This document shows positions 45,544 to 58,302 of a DNA stretch of 64,000 bases, one piece after another. The stretch's first letter is position 1; every line of letters begins with the position of its first letter. The stretch is from Nemertoderma westbladi. Taxonomy: Eukaryota > Animalia > Xenacoelomorpha. The DNA lies in the NCBI GenBank assembly GCA_032718475.1, contig JAUCBJ010003160.1, positions 4,880-68,879 of the forward strand, given 5' to 3'. The position numbers and the translations under genes are program-made. The notes beneath the pieces are model-generated. The model worked only from the letters and a program-made list of their open reading frames with translations. It was not told the origin of the DNA and made no database searches.

Positions 45544-48210
45544 CATTCTGCTAAGCCCATTTGCACTTAAGACCCTAAACAACATCGAATCTATAAATTC
45601 CAGGGTTATGATCGCAACATTTGATGGGAATCCCAAGACAACAGTTATATGTTGCTACAGTCCAACCAATGCATCAGAGCCAGAACAAGCAGTCAAGTTT
45701 TATGAAGAACTGACTGGACTTATTAAGGACATCCCGAAACACAATGTTAAAGTCATTGCTGGTGACCTGAATGCGCAAATTGGCCCAGAAGACATCAAGG
45801 GTTACACCTATAACACCAGTTCTAACAGGAATGGGTACTTACTTTTAGACCTAATGGAAGAATGCGAATTGATACCAACAAACAACACATTCGAAAAGAG
45901 TAAGGGGAAGCTATGGACCTTTCAATACCCTAATGGAACCAAAGCACAACTGGATTACATCCTTATAAACAAAAAGTGGAGAAATAGCATGATCAACTGC
46001 GAGGCATACAGCTCGTTCAACCAAATTGGTTCGGACCACAGAATTGTGACTGCAGAGATCAGACTCAGTTTGAGAGCCAGCAAACCCAGGACAAGCAAGC
46101 AAATCAACTATGACTGGGAGAAACTCAGAACTGACAATGCTGTAAAGGATGCTTATACAGTAGAAGTTCAAAACCGCTTTGAAGCACTTCAGTCAATGGA
46201 TGAAGACCAATCCACCGATTCAATATACCAGAATATAATAACAGCCCACAAGGAATCAGCTAAGAGGCATATCCCCCAGAAACCTAAACGAAAACAGTAT
46301 GTGCCATGGCAAAACTCTGAGGTTACTTGTAAGAGAGAAGATCTTAAGATAGCCTACAAAGTTAAAACCGAACAACCAACAACCGAAAACATTAACAAGG
46401 TTGAGAAAGCTAAGGACGATCTTAAATTGGCCTACAACATCAGCCAGGAAAAGTACATACAGGATAAAACTGAAGCAATTACAACTGCTCACATACAGCA
46501 ACAATCAAGACTTACCTGGCAAACTGTAAATGAGGTATCTGGTCGGAAAAGTTGTGCAAAGGGGCGCCTCAAAGTCGATAGTCCTGAAGAACGTGTTGGG
46601 AAGTGGAAAAGTCACTTCAGCAACTTGCTTGGGCAGCCACCAAACATCGAGGTCAGCCCTACAAGGAAAATATATGACAAGACACTACCTATAGAAACAG
46701 GGGACTTCACACCTGCCGAACTCCAAAGAAGCATTAAAAGCATGTCCAATAATAAAGCGAGTGGATTAGATGAAATCCCAGCGGAGGTATGGAAAACCGG
46801 AGTGCTAAATAGACCATTATTGAATGTTTGCAACCGGATGTTAAAAGGGGAAAAGCCACCACCAATTTGGACTAAAGGTCAACTAAAGCCTCTCCCCAAG
46901 AAAGGAGACATCGGCATACCAACAAACTATCGTGGGATCTGTCTGCTTGTGGTAGCTGCCAAAATATACAATAAAATGATTCTATATAGGATTAGGCCTC
47001 ACATAGAGAAACTACTGCGTAAGAGCCAAAACGGATTTCGACCAAGTAGATCAACAATAGCTCAGATACTTGCACTACGGAGACTGATTGAAGGAATTAA
47101 GTCAAAGAATCTCCCCGCAGTCATGACTTTTGTGGACTTCAAGAAGGCATTCGACTCCATCCATAGAGGTAAAATGCTTGAAATCCTAAGAGCTTATGGA
47201 ATACCAGAAGTAATTGTTGCTGGCATTGGATTGTTATATTGTGACACAGAAGCGCAGGTACTCTCACCAGACGGTGAAACTGAGTTTTTCTCAATCCTGG
47301 CTGGCGTACTGCAAGGTGACACATTAGCACCATTACTATTTGTAATTGTGCTGGATTACGCAATGAGGACGGCCACAAAGGGTGAAGATCTGGGATTCAC
47401 ACTTCAAGAACGCAGAAGTAGTAGATATCCGGCAACTACAGTCACAGACACCGACTTTGCGGATGACATCGCCCTGCTCTCTAATACGCTAGCAGATGCA
47501 CAGCTTCTACTAAATAAAGTGGAGAGGGCTGCTAAGGAGGTTGGATTGCATATAAATGCTACCAAGACCGAATTCATGACCTTTAATGTTGATGGAAACT
47601 TGACAACCATTGATAATAATCAACTAAGGAAGGTCGATGACTTCCAGTACCTTGGATCATGGATAGAGAGTAGCAAAAAGGACATAGAAGTTAGGAAAGC
47701 AAAGGCTTGGGTAGCTCTATCAAAAATGGATACCATCTGGAAATCAGATCTCTCCAGGCACCTGAAGACTAAGTTCTTTCGAGCCACAGTGGAAAGTGTA
47801 TTTTTATACGGGGGTGAGACATGGACGCTGACTAAATCACTTGAACAACGAATTGATGGTTGCTACACAAGACTACTAAGGGCAGCCCTAAACATCAGCT
47901 GGAGACAACACATGACAAACGCCGAGCTTTATGGTACAATACCACCTGTATCAACCACCCTCCGTGAACGCAGATTAAGATTCAGTGGGCACTGCTGGCG
48001 AAGTAAAGACGAGGTCATACCAGATCTACTTCTCTGGCAACCAACTCATGGAAAGCGTAGTCGTGGACGACCTGCCATAACATATATAGATCAACTTGAA
48101 AGGGATACTGAACTTGGGAGAAACGAAATTGCGACAACTATGGAGAATCGGGAAGCCTGGAAGGATCTCATTTCCACTGTCCGAGTTCGCTCGACCTAGT
48201 AGTAGTAGTA
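45544..48210 (+). mobile_element. RTE-clade LINE family B, 5'-truncated, (TAG)n tail, TSD GAATGCAAGCGG
   Basis: Open APE-RT frame and TAGTAGTAG tail; the left TSD copy is split by the solo LTR. Confidence 0.92.
45608..48199 (+). CDS. RTE ORF: partial APE endonuclease plus reverse transcriptase (863 aa)
   Basis: CYSPTN, GDLNA, LDYIL, SDHRIV, YRGICL, QNGFR, DFKKAFDS, GVLQGD, DFADD, YLGS, RLRFSGHC. Confidence 0.95.
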   Translation: MIATFDGNPKTTVICCYSPTNASEPEQAVKFYEELTGLIKDIPKHNVKVIAGDLNAQIGPEDIKGYTYNTSSNRNGYLLLDLMEECELIPTNNTFEKSKGKLWTFQYPNGTKAQLDYILINKKWRNSMINCEAYSSFNQIGSDHRIVTAEIRLSLRASKPRTSKQINYDWEKLRTDNAVKDAYTVEVQNRFEALQSMDEDQSTDSIYQNIITAHKESAKRHIPQKPKRKQYVPWQNSEVTCKREDLKIAYKVKTEQPTTENINKVEKAKDDLKLAYNISQEKYIQDKTEAITTAHIQQQSRLTWQTVNEVSGRKSCAKGRLKVDSPEERVGKWKSHFSNLLGQPPNIEVSPTRKIYDKTLPIETGDFTPAELQRSIKSMSNNKASGLDEIPAEVWKTGVLNRPLLNVCNRMLKGEKPPPIWTKGQLKPLPKKGDIGIPTNYRGICLLVVAAKIYNKMILYRIRPHIEKLLRKSQNGFRPSRSTIAQILALRRLIEGIKSKNLPAVMTFVDFKKAFDSIHRGKMLEILRAYGIPEVIVAGIGLLYCDTEAQVLSPDGETEFFSILAGVLQGDTLAPLLFVIVLDYAMRTATKGEDLGFTLQERRSSRYPATTVTDTDFADDIALLSNTLADAQLLLNKVERAAKEVGLHINATKTEFMTFNVDGNLTTIDNNQLRKVDDFQYLGSWIESSKKDIEVRKAKAWVALSKMDTIWKSDLSRHLKTKFFRATVESVFLYGGETWTLTKSLEQRIDGCYTRLLRAALNISWRQHMTNAELYGTIPPVSTTLRERRLRFSGHCWRSKDEVIPDLLLWQPTHGKRSRGRPAITYIDQLERDTELGRNEIATTMENREAWKDLISTVRVRST

Positions 48211-49091
48211 GAATGCAAGCGGTGTTAATGCAAATATGTTCTTAGCTATTTTAGATTACTTATTTTGCTCAATTTAAGCTTAAAGTTATATTTTAATGAT
48301 AAAATTCATTTCGTTGTGATATTTTGACTTATTATCATTTAATCGATAATAAGGTGATTTGACGCCATCTAACGTCATTATTGGTATCGTCAGTTTATCC
48401 TAAATGCCTCTAAATGGCGTTACTTTACATGCCTTGGGGGCCATTCACCCAATGCATTTCTCTCACTTCTGCTATTACCTTTGTCATTAATTGTTTAGTG
48501 GAGTCATACTTATCCATATAGAGGGTAAGAACATCCGGTCAAGCTTTAATTGACTGGTGATTATTACTACTCATTCTGTTTACAATTAAATTATACATTT
48601 GGTTATAATTACTGGTTATAATATTTGATGTCGCATCGGTAAACTCAACTTGTTGGTTAATATAATATCGTCGATATTCCAAGATTAACTACATTTTACA
48701 CACGCCAAAACCCAGGTAGGTCTATATAGCTAAGTATTATTGATAACCTAGACAATTGTGTCAGATCTACGTGTGTTGTATTACCTCTAACTCAATAAAT
48801 AATTAATATATACGATATACGATATTTCAGACCCCTATTGCCTGAGAGTTGTCATAAATTGAGTACCGTAGCGATAATAATATAAACAGACACAGAATAG
48901 TCGCAATACGTTTCCTCTAAAGGGAAACACCATCGCTAGACTTGAGCCATTACATAAATAATTGGTCAGACATTTGCTTGTTGTATTATGTTGCCACACC
49001 CTCCCGGTACTGTATACTAGTGAAATATAATAGATGATCAAATACCGCATTAGTACTGAGCCCGGGAAGGGACATGAGAAAAATATTTTTC

Positions 49092-49320
49092 TAACACGAG
49101 CCATCGTGTTACTAACACGAGCCCTCGTGTTAATAACACGAGCCCTCGTGTTAGCTAACACGAGCCCTCGTGTTACTAACACGAGCTCTCGTGTTAGCTA
49201 ACACGAGCCCTCGTGTTAGCTAACACGAGCCCTCGTGTTACTAACACGAGCCCTCGTGTTACTAACACGAGCCCTCGTGTTAGCTAACACGAGCCCTCGT
49301 GTTAGCTAACACGAGCCCTC
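49092..49320. repeat. Subterminal palindromic array (TAACACGAGCCCTCGTGTTA[G]C)n, left arm
   Basis: About 11 units of 20-22 bp. Confidence 0.93.
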
Positions 49321-49559
49321 ATGATAGCTCCAACGACCATTTACGTTAATATTACAAATTTGGAGTTGTTTGATTGGTTAGTAACATACGAGAACTAAAT
49401 TGGAGAGAAATTAAAATTATATCTCAGTGGTTCTTACGTTTCTGTTATGTTCCAGTATGTTTCGTGTATGACAACAGTTCGAAGTTTGCCACTTAATTGA
49501 ATTCACAGTAATTCAACTTAGCAACGCGAACTATTGCAAGCCCAGCACATTTTGACATT

Positions 49560-49862
49560 ATGTGGCCCGATCAGTTAATGCCGCTCCTTAAAATTTATTT
49601 GGACCTTAGCCTTATAAAGATATTTCGTCTGTACTCGCCAATGATCATGGGATAAACATTGGTGAGCTAAAACGTTTATTTAGAGATTTCGGATTACAAC
49701 GTCGAAATTATACACCATTGGAAGAAGTTGTAGAATTTATTAAAAATCAATTGGCTGGATCGGGAAGCATGCTGGGTTATAGAATAATGTTTGAAAAGTG
49801 TCGCCACAACGGCTTAGTTGTGAAAAAGGAGGACGTACGAATAATTCTCAAGGAACTTGATA
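49560..49862 (+). pseudogene. IS3EU-type transposase N-terminal fragment
   Basis: YKDISSVLANDHGINIGELKRLFRDFGLQRRNYTPLEEVVEFIKNQLAGSGSMLGYRIMFEKC...VKKEDVRIILKELD, homologous to the 23822 transposase. Confidence 0.82.
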
Positions 49863-49867
49863 CGCGA

Positions 49868-51174
49868 GACTGATGAGGTTCTGATTAAGGACATGGGGGG
49901 CGGTTGGCGACTCGCCCACGCGTCAGCAGATGATAGTGGCAATGGTGGTATTGGTCTATTGATGAATCAAACTGCACATGCAGCATTGGACAAAATAGAC
50001 CAAATCTCTAACCGCATCATCCGTTGCCACTTCTGATGTTCTGGAAGACTGGCTAAGAAGTTTCCTAAGGTGGTTCTGATTGTGTGCTATTCTCCAACTA
50101 GTGTTGTCCAAGTAGAGGAGGTGGAAAATTTCTACCACAATCTACAAGCAGCTACTGATGGAGTGGATCAGCATGCATTCTTAACATTCCCGGGGGACTT
50201 TAATGCAAGTCTGCATCAATCACCTACATCGCCCTGGGTCTATAGCAATAGTGTCAACCGAAATTCCGTCCATTTTCAGGATTTTATCTCTGGAAATGGA
50301 TTGTTTTCAGCTGGAACCCAGTTCAAGAAGCGAACTGGAAAGCTATGGACTCATAGTGGACCCAGTGGTCACAAGTTCCAGATAGACCATATTCTGTTTC
50401 GTAGGAAGTACAGGAGCTCTATACAAGACTGTAATGCATTTACACTTCGACCCTTCTCCAGTGATCACCGCCTTATTGTGGCCAAGGTAGACTTAGTCTG
50501 CGTGCTAGCAGAACAACGAAATCTGCCTTGCCGCGGCATGACTGGTCCTCTCTGTTGCAACAGCCAAGTGTGAGATCCAGCTTCACACTACAGCTGAGAA
50601 ACAGGTATGAAGTTCATGCCTCTGAGGCGGCAGATCACTGTGAGGGCTATACTGCCTTCATAGAAGCAGTTAAGTTAGCAGCTGCAGAAACAGTTCCTGT
50701 ATACCCTCGAAACAGGAAAAGGGTCCCCTGGACTGACAACAAAATCCAGAAGTGCCGAAATGACCTTCATAAGGCGCAGAAAGAGTCCCGACTCAAACAG
50801 ACTACAGCGGCCAAGAATGCAGTTAAGGCTGCATCTAGGTCCCTGAACAGGCAGTACTCTGTTAATCTACAGGAGCTAATAAACCAACAGGTTGAAGCCA
50901 TCAATGATGCTGACAACAGCAGGCAATCATCCCAGGCATGGAAATCGATCAATTTGCTTACTGTGCGGATAAGCCAACCAACCACCAAGTTTAAGGCTGA
51001 ATCACCAGCCGATCGCCTCAATGGTTGGAAAGCCCACTTTGAAAAGCTCCTCAATAATGACAGGGTATTGCCTGATAACTTTATAGAAGTAAAAGTGTCT
51101 GAGTCTGTACTCCCAGATATTCCCATTGGCGATATCTCCTTTGCAGAAGTGAAGGCTGCTGCAAAGAGCATTGA
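49868..51174 (+). mobile_element. RTE family A copy 2, 5' part (APE remnant)
   Basis: Reverse-complement match to 41431-40661 and 25237-24698. Confidence 0.9.
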
Positions 51175-51530
51175 GGTGCCTCGACATGGTACCATTATAA
51201 AAAAAATTTTTTTTTCTTTTTTCTAATTCTAAACCAGAATTCAATGTAGATTTCGAAAATCCAAGTTCTGAAATTTGACTGTCAGTGGTTCAAAAGTTAC
51301 GAAGCAATTACTGAGGACTGGACCAATGAGGAATTTATAGATTTTGCACTGTTTCAGTAAAATTTAGTAGTAAGTAAAGATAACATTATAGCTTGGATAA
51401 TAATTATAATAAATGGCGGGAAATTTGATTTATGATATTCAAAACTACTGAGTACCGTTTACCATACAGTATACAGATCACCTGATTCAGTAATTGACAT
51501 TGTAGTCATAATTTGTGTACCGGTACTGAT

Positions 51531-53267
51531 TAGGGCTCAACAGAAGCTTCGGCTTCGGTTCGGTTCGGGCCGAAGTTTGGCAATTTCGGTTCGGTTCGGC
51601 TTCTGCAATTGATACTGCAGAAGCCCGGAGTAAACTTTGCTAAATATTCCAAGTATTACATTGACTGATTGAGCTAAGACCAGAAGACAGTAAGACAGTA
51701 AGACTAATCAATCTGTTCATCGTTGTAATAATTCATTTTAGAGTGTAAACGTTAAGCAGACACTGGCTGACTGGTGCAGAGCAGACAGTGGTGCAGACAC
51801 CTGGTGCAGACAGTGGTGCACGCACTGGTGCAGACAGTGGTGCAACAGTGGTGCAGACACTGGTGCAGACAGTGGTGCAGACACTGGTGCAGACAGTGGT
51901 GCAGACACTGGTGCAGACAGTGGTGCAGACACCTGGTGCAGACAGTGGTGCAGACACTGGTGTAGACAGTGGTGCAGACACTGGTGCAGACAGTGGTGCA
52001 GACAGTGTGCAGACAGTGGTGCAGGCAGTGGCAGTGGTGCAGACAGTGGTGCAGACTCGGGTGCAGACAGTGGTGCAGACACTGGAGCAGACAGTGGTGC
52101 AGACAGTGGTGCAGGCACCTTTTGCAGACTGGTGCAGTCTGCACTTAATTATTTTCGTACACACCTCTTATAATTATTTGTAATCAGGGCACATTCACCC
52201 GCACGCACCTCGACTTGTACTACACATACGTCCTCCCTACTTCATGTAGAACCTTTCAGTAGTTACTCGCATATTTGTAGATAATAAAGTCTATGATAAA
52301 ATATAACATAATAGTGCCTGGTGGTATTGTGTTTTGTGGTACTCTGGTATTTCAGTATTTTCACCAGGTGTCTGCACCACTGTCTGGACCAGTGTCTGCA
52401 CCACTGTCTGCACCAGTGTCTGCAAGACTGTCTGCACCAGTGTCTGCACCACTGTCTGCACCGATGTCTGCACCACTGTCTGCACCACTGTCTCCACCAG
52501 TTTTTGCACCACTGTCTGCACCACTGTCCACACTAGGTAAGGTAGGTGTCTGCACCACGCACCAGGTGTCTGCACGCTGCACCAGTGTCTGCACCACTGG
52601 CCGCACCAGGTGTCTGCACCACTATCTGCACCACTGCCTGCTTAACGTTTACACCCTTAATTTTGGACTGAACTTCCATTTAAATGGCATTATTTTTTTA
52701 ATTGTTTCCAGGTTACTTGGGTAGTTTCAAAATTAGCTTAATTATACAGTAGTTTAGGTTAGGCTAAATATTGTCATTTTACTTTGTAGTACCCTATTTT
52801 TTAATTAATCATAACTTTGATACATAATACCAAATATACCTACTACCTCATATAAATAGTATTACAAAGACTACCTGTACTTTTAATGAGGTTTTCTAAA
52901 TTTGATGTCACTACTGAACGGCTTACTACGGGTGAAAATGTGGTTCAGACAGTAAGTGCATGCATATAGTAGTTTAGGTTAGTAATGTACAGTAATGTAA
53001 ATATTGCCATTTTATTTTGTAGTATTTATTTTTTTAATTAATCATAGCTTTCTCGCTAAGTCCTCAGACCATATACTGTAGGTACCAGTCTGCCACTGCC
53101 AGTCAGCCAGTAGGCCTATAGTCTGATAGTGACGTAAATACGAATTTATGACCATAACTTGCTAACTTTCTGAACTTCGGTTCGGATTCGGTTCGGTTCG
53201 GCCCGAAGTTGGCCCTGCTTCGGTTCGGTTCGGTTCGGCCCCATAAAGTGCCTTCTGTTGAACCCTA
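51531..53267. mobile_element. Non-autonomous hAT-like element (TAGGG...CCCTA, 8-bp TSD GTACTGAT)
   Basis: TIR TAGGG[C/T]TCAACAGAAG, perfect 8-bp TSD, subterminal (TTCGG)n. Confidence 0.85.
51770..52637. repeat. Inverted pair of 12-bp minisatellite arrays (TGGTGCAGACA[G/C])n
   Basis: 51770-52140 and its complement at 52364-52637. Confidence 0.9.
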
Positions 53268-53301
53268 GTACTGATCGACTATCTGAACTCTAATTTATAA
53301 G

Positions 53302-56300
53302 ATGCCTCGATCAAATAATGTCTACAAAAGATGTTCCTTTCATGGAAATCAATTTAGTAAACCTACAAAACAACCAGGTAAGTCCTTATGTATAAACTGA
53401 TAAATCAACAGAATGCATTAATTTGTATCATGCATGACTAAGCAATAGCAAAATGTTGCGATCTAGTTGACAAATTTAATCACTATGGATTGTCCAGTAG
53501 TCAAAATCGATCCTTGTAAAAATACTACTGAAATCTTTCTAGCACTAATTATAACTTTAGGCCCTGTGACGTGAGGATGTGCAGTGCATATGCAGGCATA
53601 TATTTTGAATACAGATGGGTAGACACGGTTGAACACTGCAGGGTAGGCCAGGCATATACCCCCATATGACTAATATGCCTCAAGCAAAGCAAACAGTCGG
53701 CCGAAGCCGGAGGCGACCCGAAGGCTCCTCTTTCGATAGCTGCTACCCGAGGGTAGGGGTGGGCGCTACTCCTATCCCAAGATTTGCTCCCAGTTATTTA
53801 ACTGGTACTCATTTCATCGACCCCAGTGGATGAAAGGCTGAGTGGACCCTGGCGGGGCTGAACCTACAACCAATAGATTGCCGGCCCGGCGCTCAACCAA
53901 CTGAGCTACCCCGCCTAATATGCCTACATGTGTTATAATTTTAAACAGATCTACTCTCAGACTGTGCTATATTTTATTATTTATGTACCAGCAATTTGAA
54001 ACAAGTTACTAGGAATAGAACATAGAATAAGTCAGGTAAATTTTTATATAGGCCTATATCCTTGTTATTACCGGTATACTGTGTTATATACTTAGCATAC
54101 TTCTTATATAAAATAATTACACAATCATTATAGGCCTAGTATATATATATATATATTTCTATTATTTTTTTTCAGATAAAACATCTGAGCACTTCGACAC
54201 AGTTAACCACAAAATACTGATACAGAAACTACAACGCTACGGGATAACTGATACAGCGCTGGTCTGGATCACTAGTTACCTTACAGATCGAGTGCAATAT
54301 GTTACAGTAGGTACAGCGCAATCAAAGTACTCCACAATTGTAATAGGATTACCACAAGGGTCGCTTCTGAGCCCTTTGTTATTTATAATCTACTGTAATG
54401 ACCTACCCTCAGTATCCAACATTTCTAAATTCATTTTGTACGCTGACGATACGAATATGTTTAAATCCAGTGCAGACCTAAACTCACTGATTACAGATAT
54501 TAACAATGAGTTGGATAAACTAACAAAGTGGTTTCAACTGAACCGTCTGTCTCTAAATATAAAAAAATCTAATTTCATTATTTTTCGAACTCAAAACAAA
54601 ATGCTAGACTTAAACACACTACCTGCTGTAACAATTAACGGAAATACAATTAAGCGACAAAAAGTTATCAAATTCCTGGGTGTCCACATTGATGAACACC
54701 TGACTTGGAAAAATCACTGTGACTATCTACGTATCAAAATCAGTCGTAATATTGGCATAATAAATAAAATAAAAAATTTTGTCACATCAAAAACATTAAT
54801 AGTATTATACAATACGATGATAGCTCCGTATCTGATGTACTGCAATACCGTGTGGGCAGCAAAATCGTATAAAACCATAAACACCGTCACCAACAGACCT
54901 ACACACAAACACTACAGACATCGACATAAGCGACGAAAACCAACAGACAAACTCACTACTAATGTTTCAACCTTGCACAAACTGCAACAGAGAGCCCAGA
55001 ATATTGTCGTATCAAAAGGCAACACAGACTTCACTCCACTTACAATACGATCTATTTATATAAAACAGATAACAATACTAAGCTACAGCTACATACATAA
55101 ACTATTACCAGCTGACATATTCCCTTCTCTACTCACTCTCATATCAACAACACATGAACACCAAACGCGATCGGCAGCCAATAATAACTATATGGTACCA
55201 CGCACACGCCTTGAGATTGCTAGACAATCAATCAGAGTGCGCGCACCAGAGGTCTGGAACACCCTGCCTTCTTCTTTACGAAACGCTAATTCAGTAAATT
55301 TATTTAAAAACGCCATAACTAAACTGCTCGCTTCAGAGCAATAACACTGTGTTTTCTACATGCATTTTATTATTGTTATGTATTTTCTATTTTACATGTA
55401 CACGCTAAACAAAACTGTTACACTTTCTATTGTTACAAATATATTAGATTACGTACCGTATTGTTAGATAGATGCTTACAATACAGATCACTGTATATAG
55501 AGTACCGTATTGTTGTTGCATAGATATTATCTTAGTTAGAACTTTGTTTTATATTTCAATTTTAGGTTTGTATCCGAATTCAGTTTTCTATTTTCGTTTC
55601 CACACCAACTAATTAGATATGTATTGTTTAGAATTATTCCTCTATAATTAAAAGTGCACTTATATAATTATTGCAGTATAATGCAGTATAATCATAACTA
55701 CAGTAGGTTGGTTGTTTTATAGTTGCAATTACTTACGCTTGAATACTATGATACTCGATCGTACAGTAAATTTGTCGGTTATTTGTTTTTGTAATGCGTT
55801 TCTTAGTGCAGCTACAATTGTTGAGTGCTAACGGTGGCTGGTGTAATGGGTCTACCCGTCCAACCACCGTCTACATTCTACATTGTATGTAGAAATGTAG
55901 TAAATTGTTCAGAAATAAATAAATAAAAAAATAAATAAAAAGCAGTCAATTTCAAATAGTTCCACACCATCCACAAGTGCAAGTCAAGGAAAGTTCGGGG
56001 AAACCCAAGTTGAATCAACATTGTTAGATAAATCAACTTTCCATATAATAGATTTGGGAACTCTAAACGAAGCTATTGCCAAATCTACACTATGTCGAAA
56101 CTGCCGTAGAACTGGTTGCCTTTCTGTCCATGTTGAAGAGTCAAACAGAATTGGATTCAATGAGTGTTTTGAAATCAGATGTAAATTTTGTTACCCAAAA
56201 AGATCTTCAAATGACCCATTCATTTCATCTATTGGTAGTGGCATCAGTGGTAATCAAATGGCTGAGGTGAATATGAGATTGTTGTACGGTTTTAGATGCG

Positions 56301-57577
56301 TTGGTCTTGGCCTAGAATCGATCAGAACCTTCTCGGCTGTATCTGGTTTACCACCCCCACCAACCAATACATCTCCTTATATAAAGAGAATCAAAACTGC
56401 AGTGGCATCAGTTGCAGAGACATCAATGAAAAATGCTGCAAAGGAAGCAATTGTTGAGAATGGTGGTTGCAATGATATAGCTGCATCATTTGATGGATCT
56501 TGGCAGCGAAGAGGGCATAGTTCACTAAATGGTTATGTGTCATGCATCAGTGTTGACACAGGCAAGGTGGTTGATGTTGAGATCTTATCGAAATTCTGCC
56601 ATATATGTTCTAATAGTGATAACCCTCCATCCCACAAATGTACAAAGAACTTTACTGGGTCAAGTGGAGGAATGGAGGTTGAAGGCGCACTTAGTATCTT
56701 TCGGCGTTCTGTGGAAGAACGTAATGTCTCGTACGTGAAATATCTTGGTGATGGAGACACGGCTACTTTCTCCAAAGTGAAAGAGGCTGACCCATACAAT
56801 GGTAAAGAAATATTAAAGTTAGAGTGTGTGGGCCACGTGCAAAAGAGGATGGGGGCACGGCTTCGTACCCTCAAAAAAGACCTTCGCGGTAAGAAATTGT
56901 GGGATAAGAAGGCCATAGGCGGCAAGGGGCGACTAACTGATGCAGTGATTGACAGCATCCAACTGTATTATGGGCGAGCTATAAGAAAGAACTGCTCATC
57001 AGTACACAATATGACAAGGGCCATATGGGCCATATTCTTTCATATATTGTCAACTAACTCAAAACCAGCCCATAATTTTTGTTCAGAGGAGTGGTGCAAG
57101 TATCTCCAAAAGCAAAAGATTGGTAAAGAAAAAGAACATGATCATACTAGCTCATTGCCTGAAGCTGTCATGGGAGAAATTAAGCCTACCTTTAGAGCTC
57201 TAACCGATCCTGAACTACTCTCTAAATGCCTACATGGCAAAACTCAAAACAGGAATGAGGCACTCAACAATCTTGTCTGGGTCCGATGTCCAAAGCGAGT
57301 TTTTGTTTCCCGGAATATGGTTGAAATCGGAGTATGGGATTCTCTAATCTGTTTCAATGAAGGCAACCAGGGGAGAATTGATGTTTTGAAGCAACTTATA
57401 ACCAATATTGGAAGAACAAAGACAGACTTAATTGAGATTGACAAGAGGAGAATTCTAGACTCTGATCGAAATCAAACTGATCTTGAAAAACGAGCTCGGA
57501 CCCAGCGTCGACAAAACCGCAAGCGTAAGCTTCCAACAGCGCAAGACCCTAAACTTTATGAAAGTGGGATGTTTTAG
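53302..57577 (+). CDS. Kolobok-type ('Mutator-like' domain) transposase: exon 53302-53377, then an exon from 54176 interrupted by a LINE and resuming at ~55946; main ORF 56021-57577
   Basis: MPR...FHGNQF N-terminus; DGSWQRRGHSSLNG, SSGGME, YLGDGD, ECVGHVQKRMG, GKGRLT, TQNRNEALN. Confidence 0.85.
53681..53915 (-). mobile_element. tRNA-derived SINE with a Nin/Deu-like central domain
   Basis: A-box TAGCTCAGTTGG, B-box-like GGTTCAGCCC, then ACTCAGCCTTTCATCC..GGGGTCGAT.AAATGAGTACCAG, a (GCTTT) tail and TSD TAATATGCCT. Confidence 0.85.
54192..55941 (+). mobile_element. 5'-truncated CR1/L2-group LINE (RT fragment; ORF to 55344)
   Basis: FDTVNH, GLPQGSLLSPLLF, YADD, KFLGVHID, WNTLP; (AAAT)n tail; short AGCA duplication. 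Confidence 0.9.
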
Positions 57578-58302
57578 TAATTATTTTTGACTCTAGTGAC
57601 TCTGTAGTCTGACCTATAGCCTCCTTATGGACTAGATTAGTAGTAATTGATTGAATGATTGATAGTAATAATGCACCTTGAACTGTTCAATTATTCGATA
57701 ATGTAATTGTATACTAAAAAATAATGATTGCCGAACTTAAAATCCGTTTTTCTCAGTTTGTAGTTTTACGTGTAAGTGTTTTGCTCATGTTCCTGTTTCT
57801 CCAGAACTCCTTGACTAAATGTTCTGAAATTTGGCTACCCTAGATAGAATTGGCAGCTCTATTTTATTGACCTCCTACATACATTTCTGACAATAACACA
57901 TTTAAGATATGCCTGTCCAAACATGAAAATTCATTTTTTGAGTTTGATGTGGCCTTGTAACTTTAAAAATGAAGATTATACCATGATCAAGGTCAATAAG
58001 ATAGAGCAGTCAATTCTGTGTCGGACTTCCAAATTTGAAAAAGATTGGTCTATTAGTTTTTGAGAAACAGGAACATGAAAAATACTACCTCCGCGATAAC
58101 GCATAAGGTGTAAATCGAGCCAAGAGTTCAACGTTCGGGTAGACCGCAATGGAAATATAAACTGAAATGTGCCTCTAATTTTATAATGCCTGGGCTTCGG
58201 TTCATGGTGACTATATTTTTGGAATGTACATCAAATTCTGTTCTAAATTGGATGGTTTTTGGAAAATCCAAAAAAAAAAAATTCTGCCCATGTTGAGGCA
58301 CC

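Larger units (their letters stand above)
51175..58302 (+). mobile_element. Kolobok (Hydra-type) DNA transposon
   Basis: 15-bp TIR GGTGCCTC[G/A]ACATGG, inserted at the RTE TTAA site (TTGA left, TTAA right). Encodes the transposase listed below. Confidence 0.8.

Noticed and set aside
51733-52724. Cys/His-rich ORFs
   Set aside because: Minisatellite translations.
53840-53915. tRNA gene
   Set aside because: It is the head of a SINE with a TSD; the acceptor stem and T-loop are degenerate.
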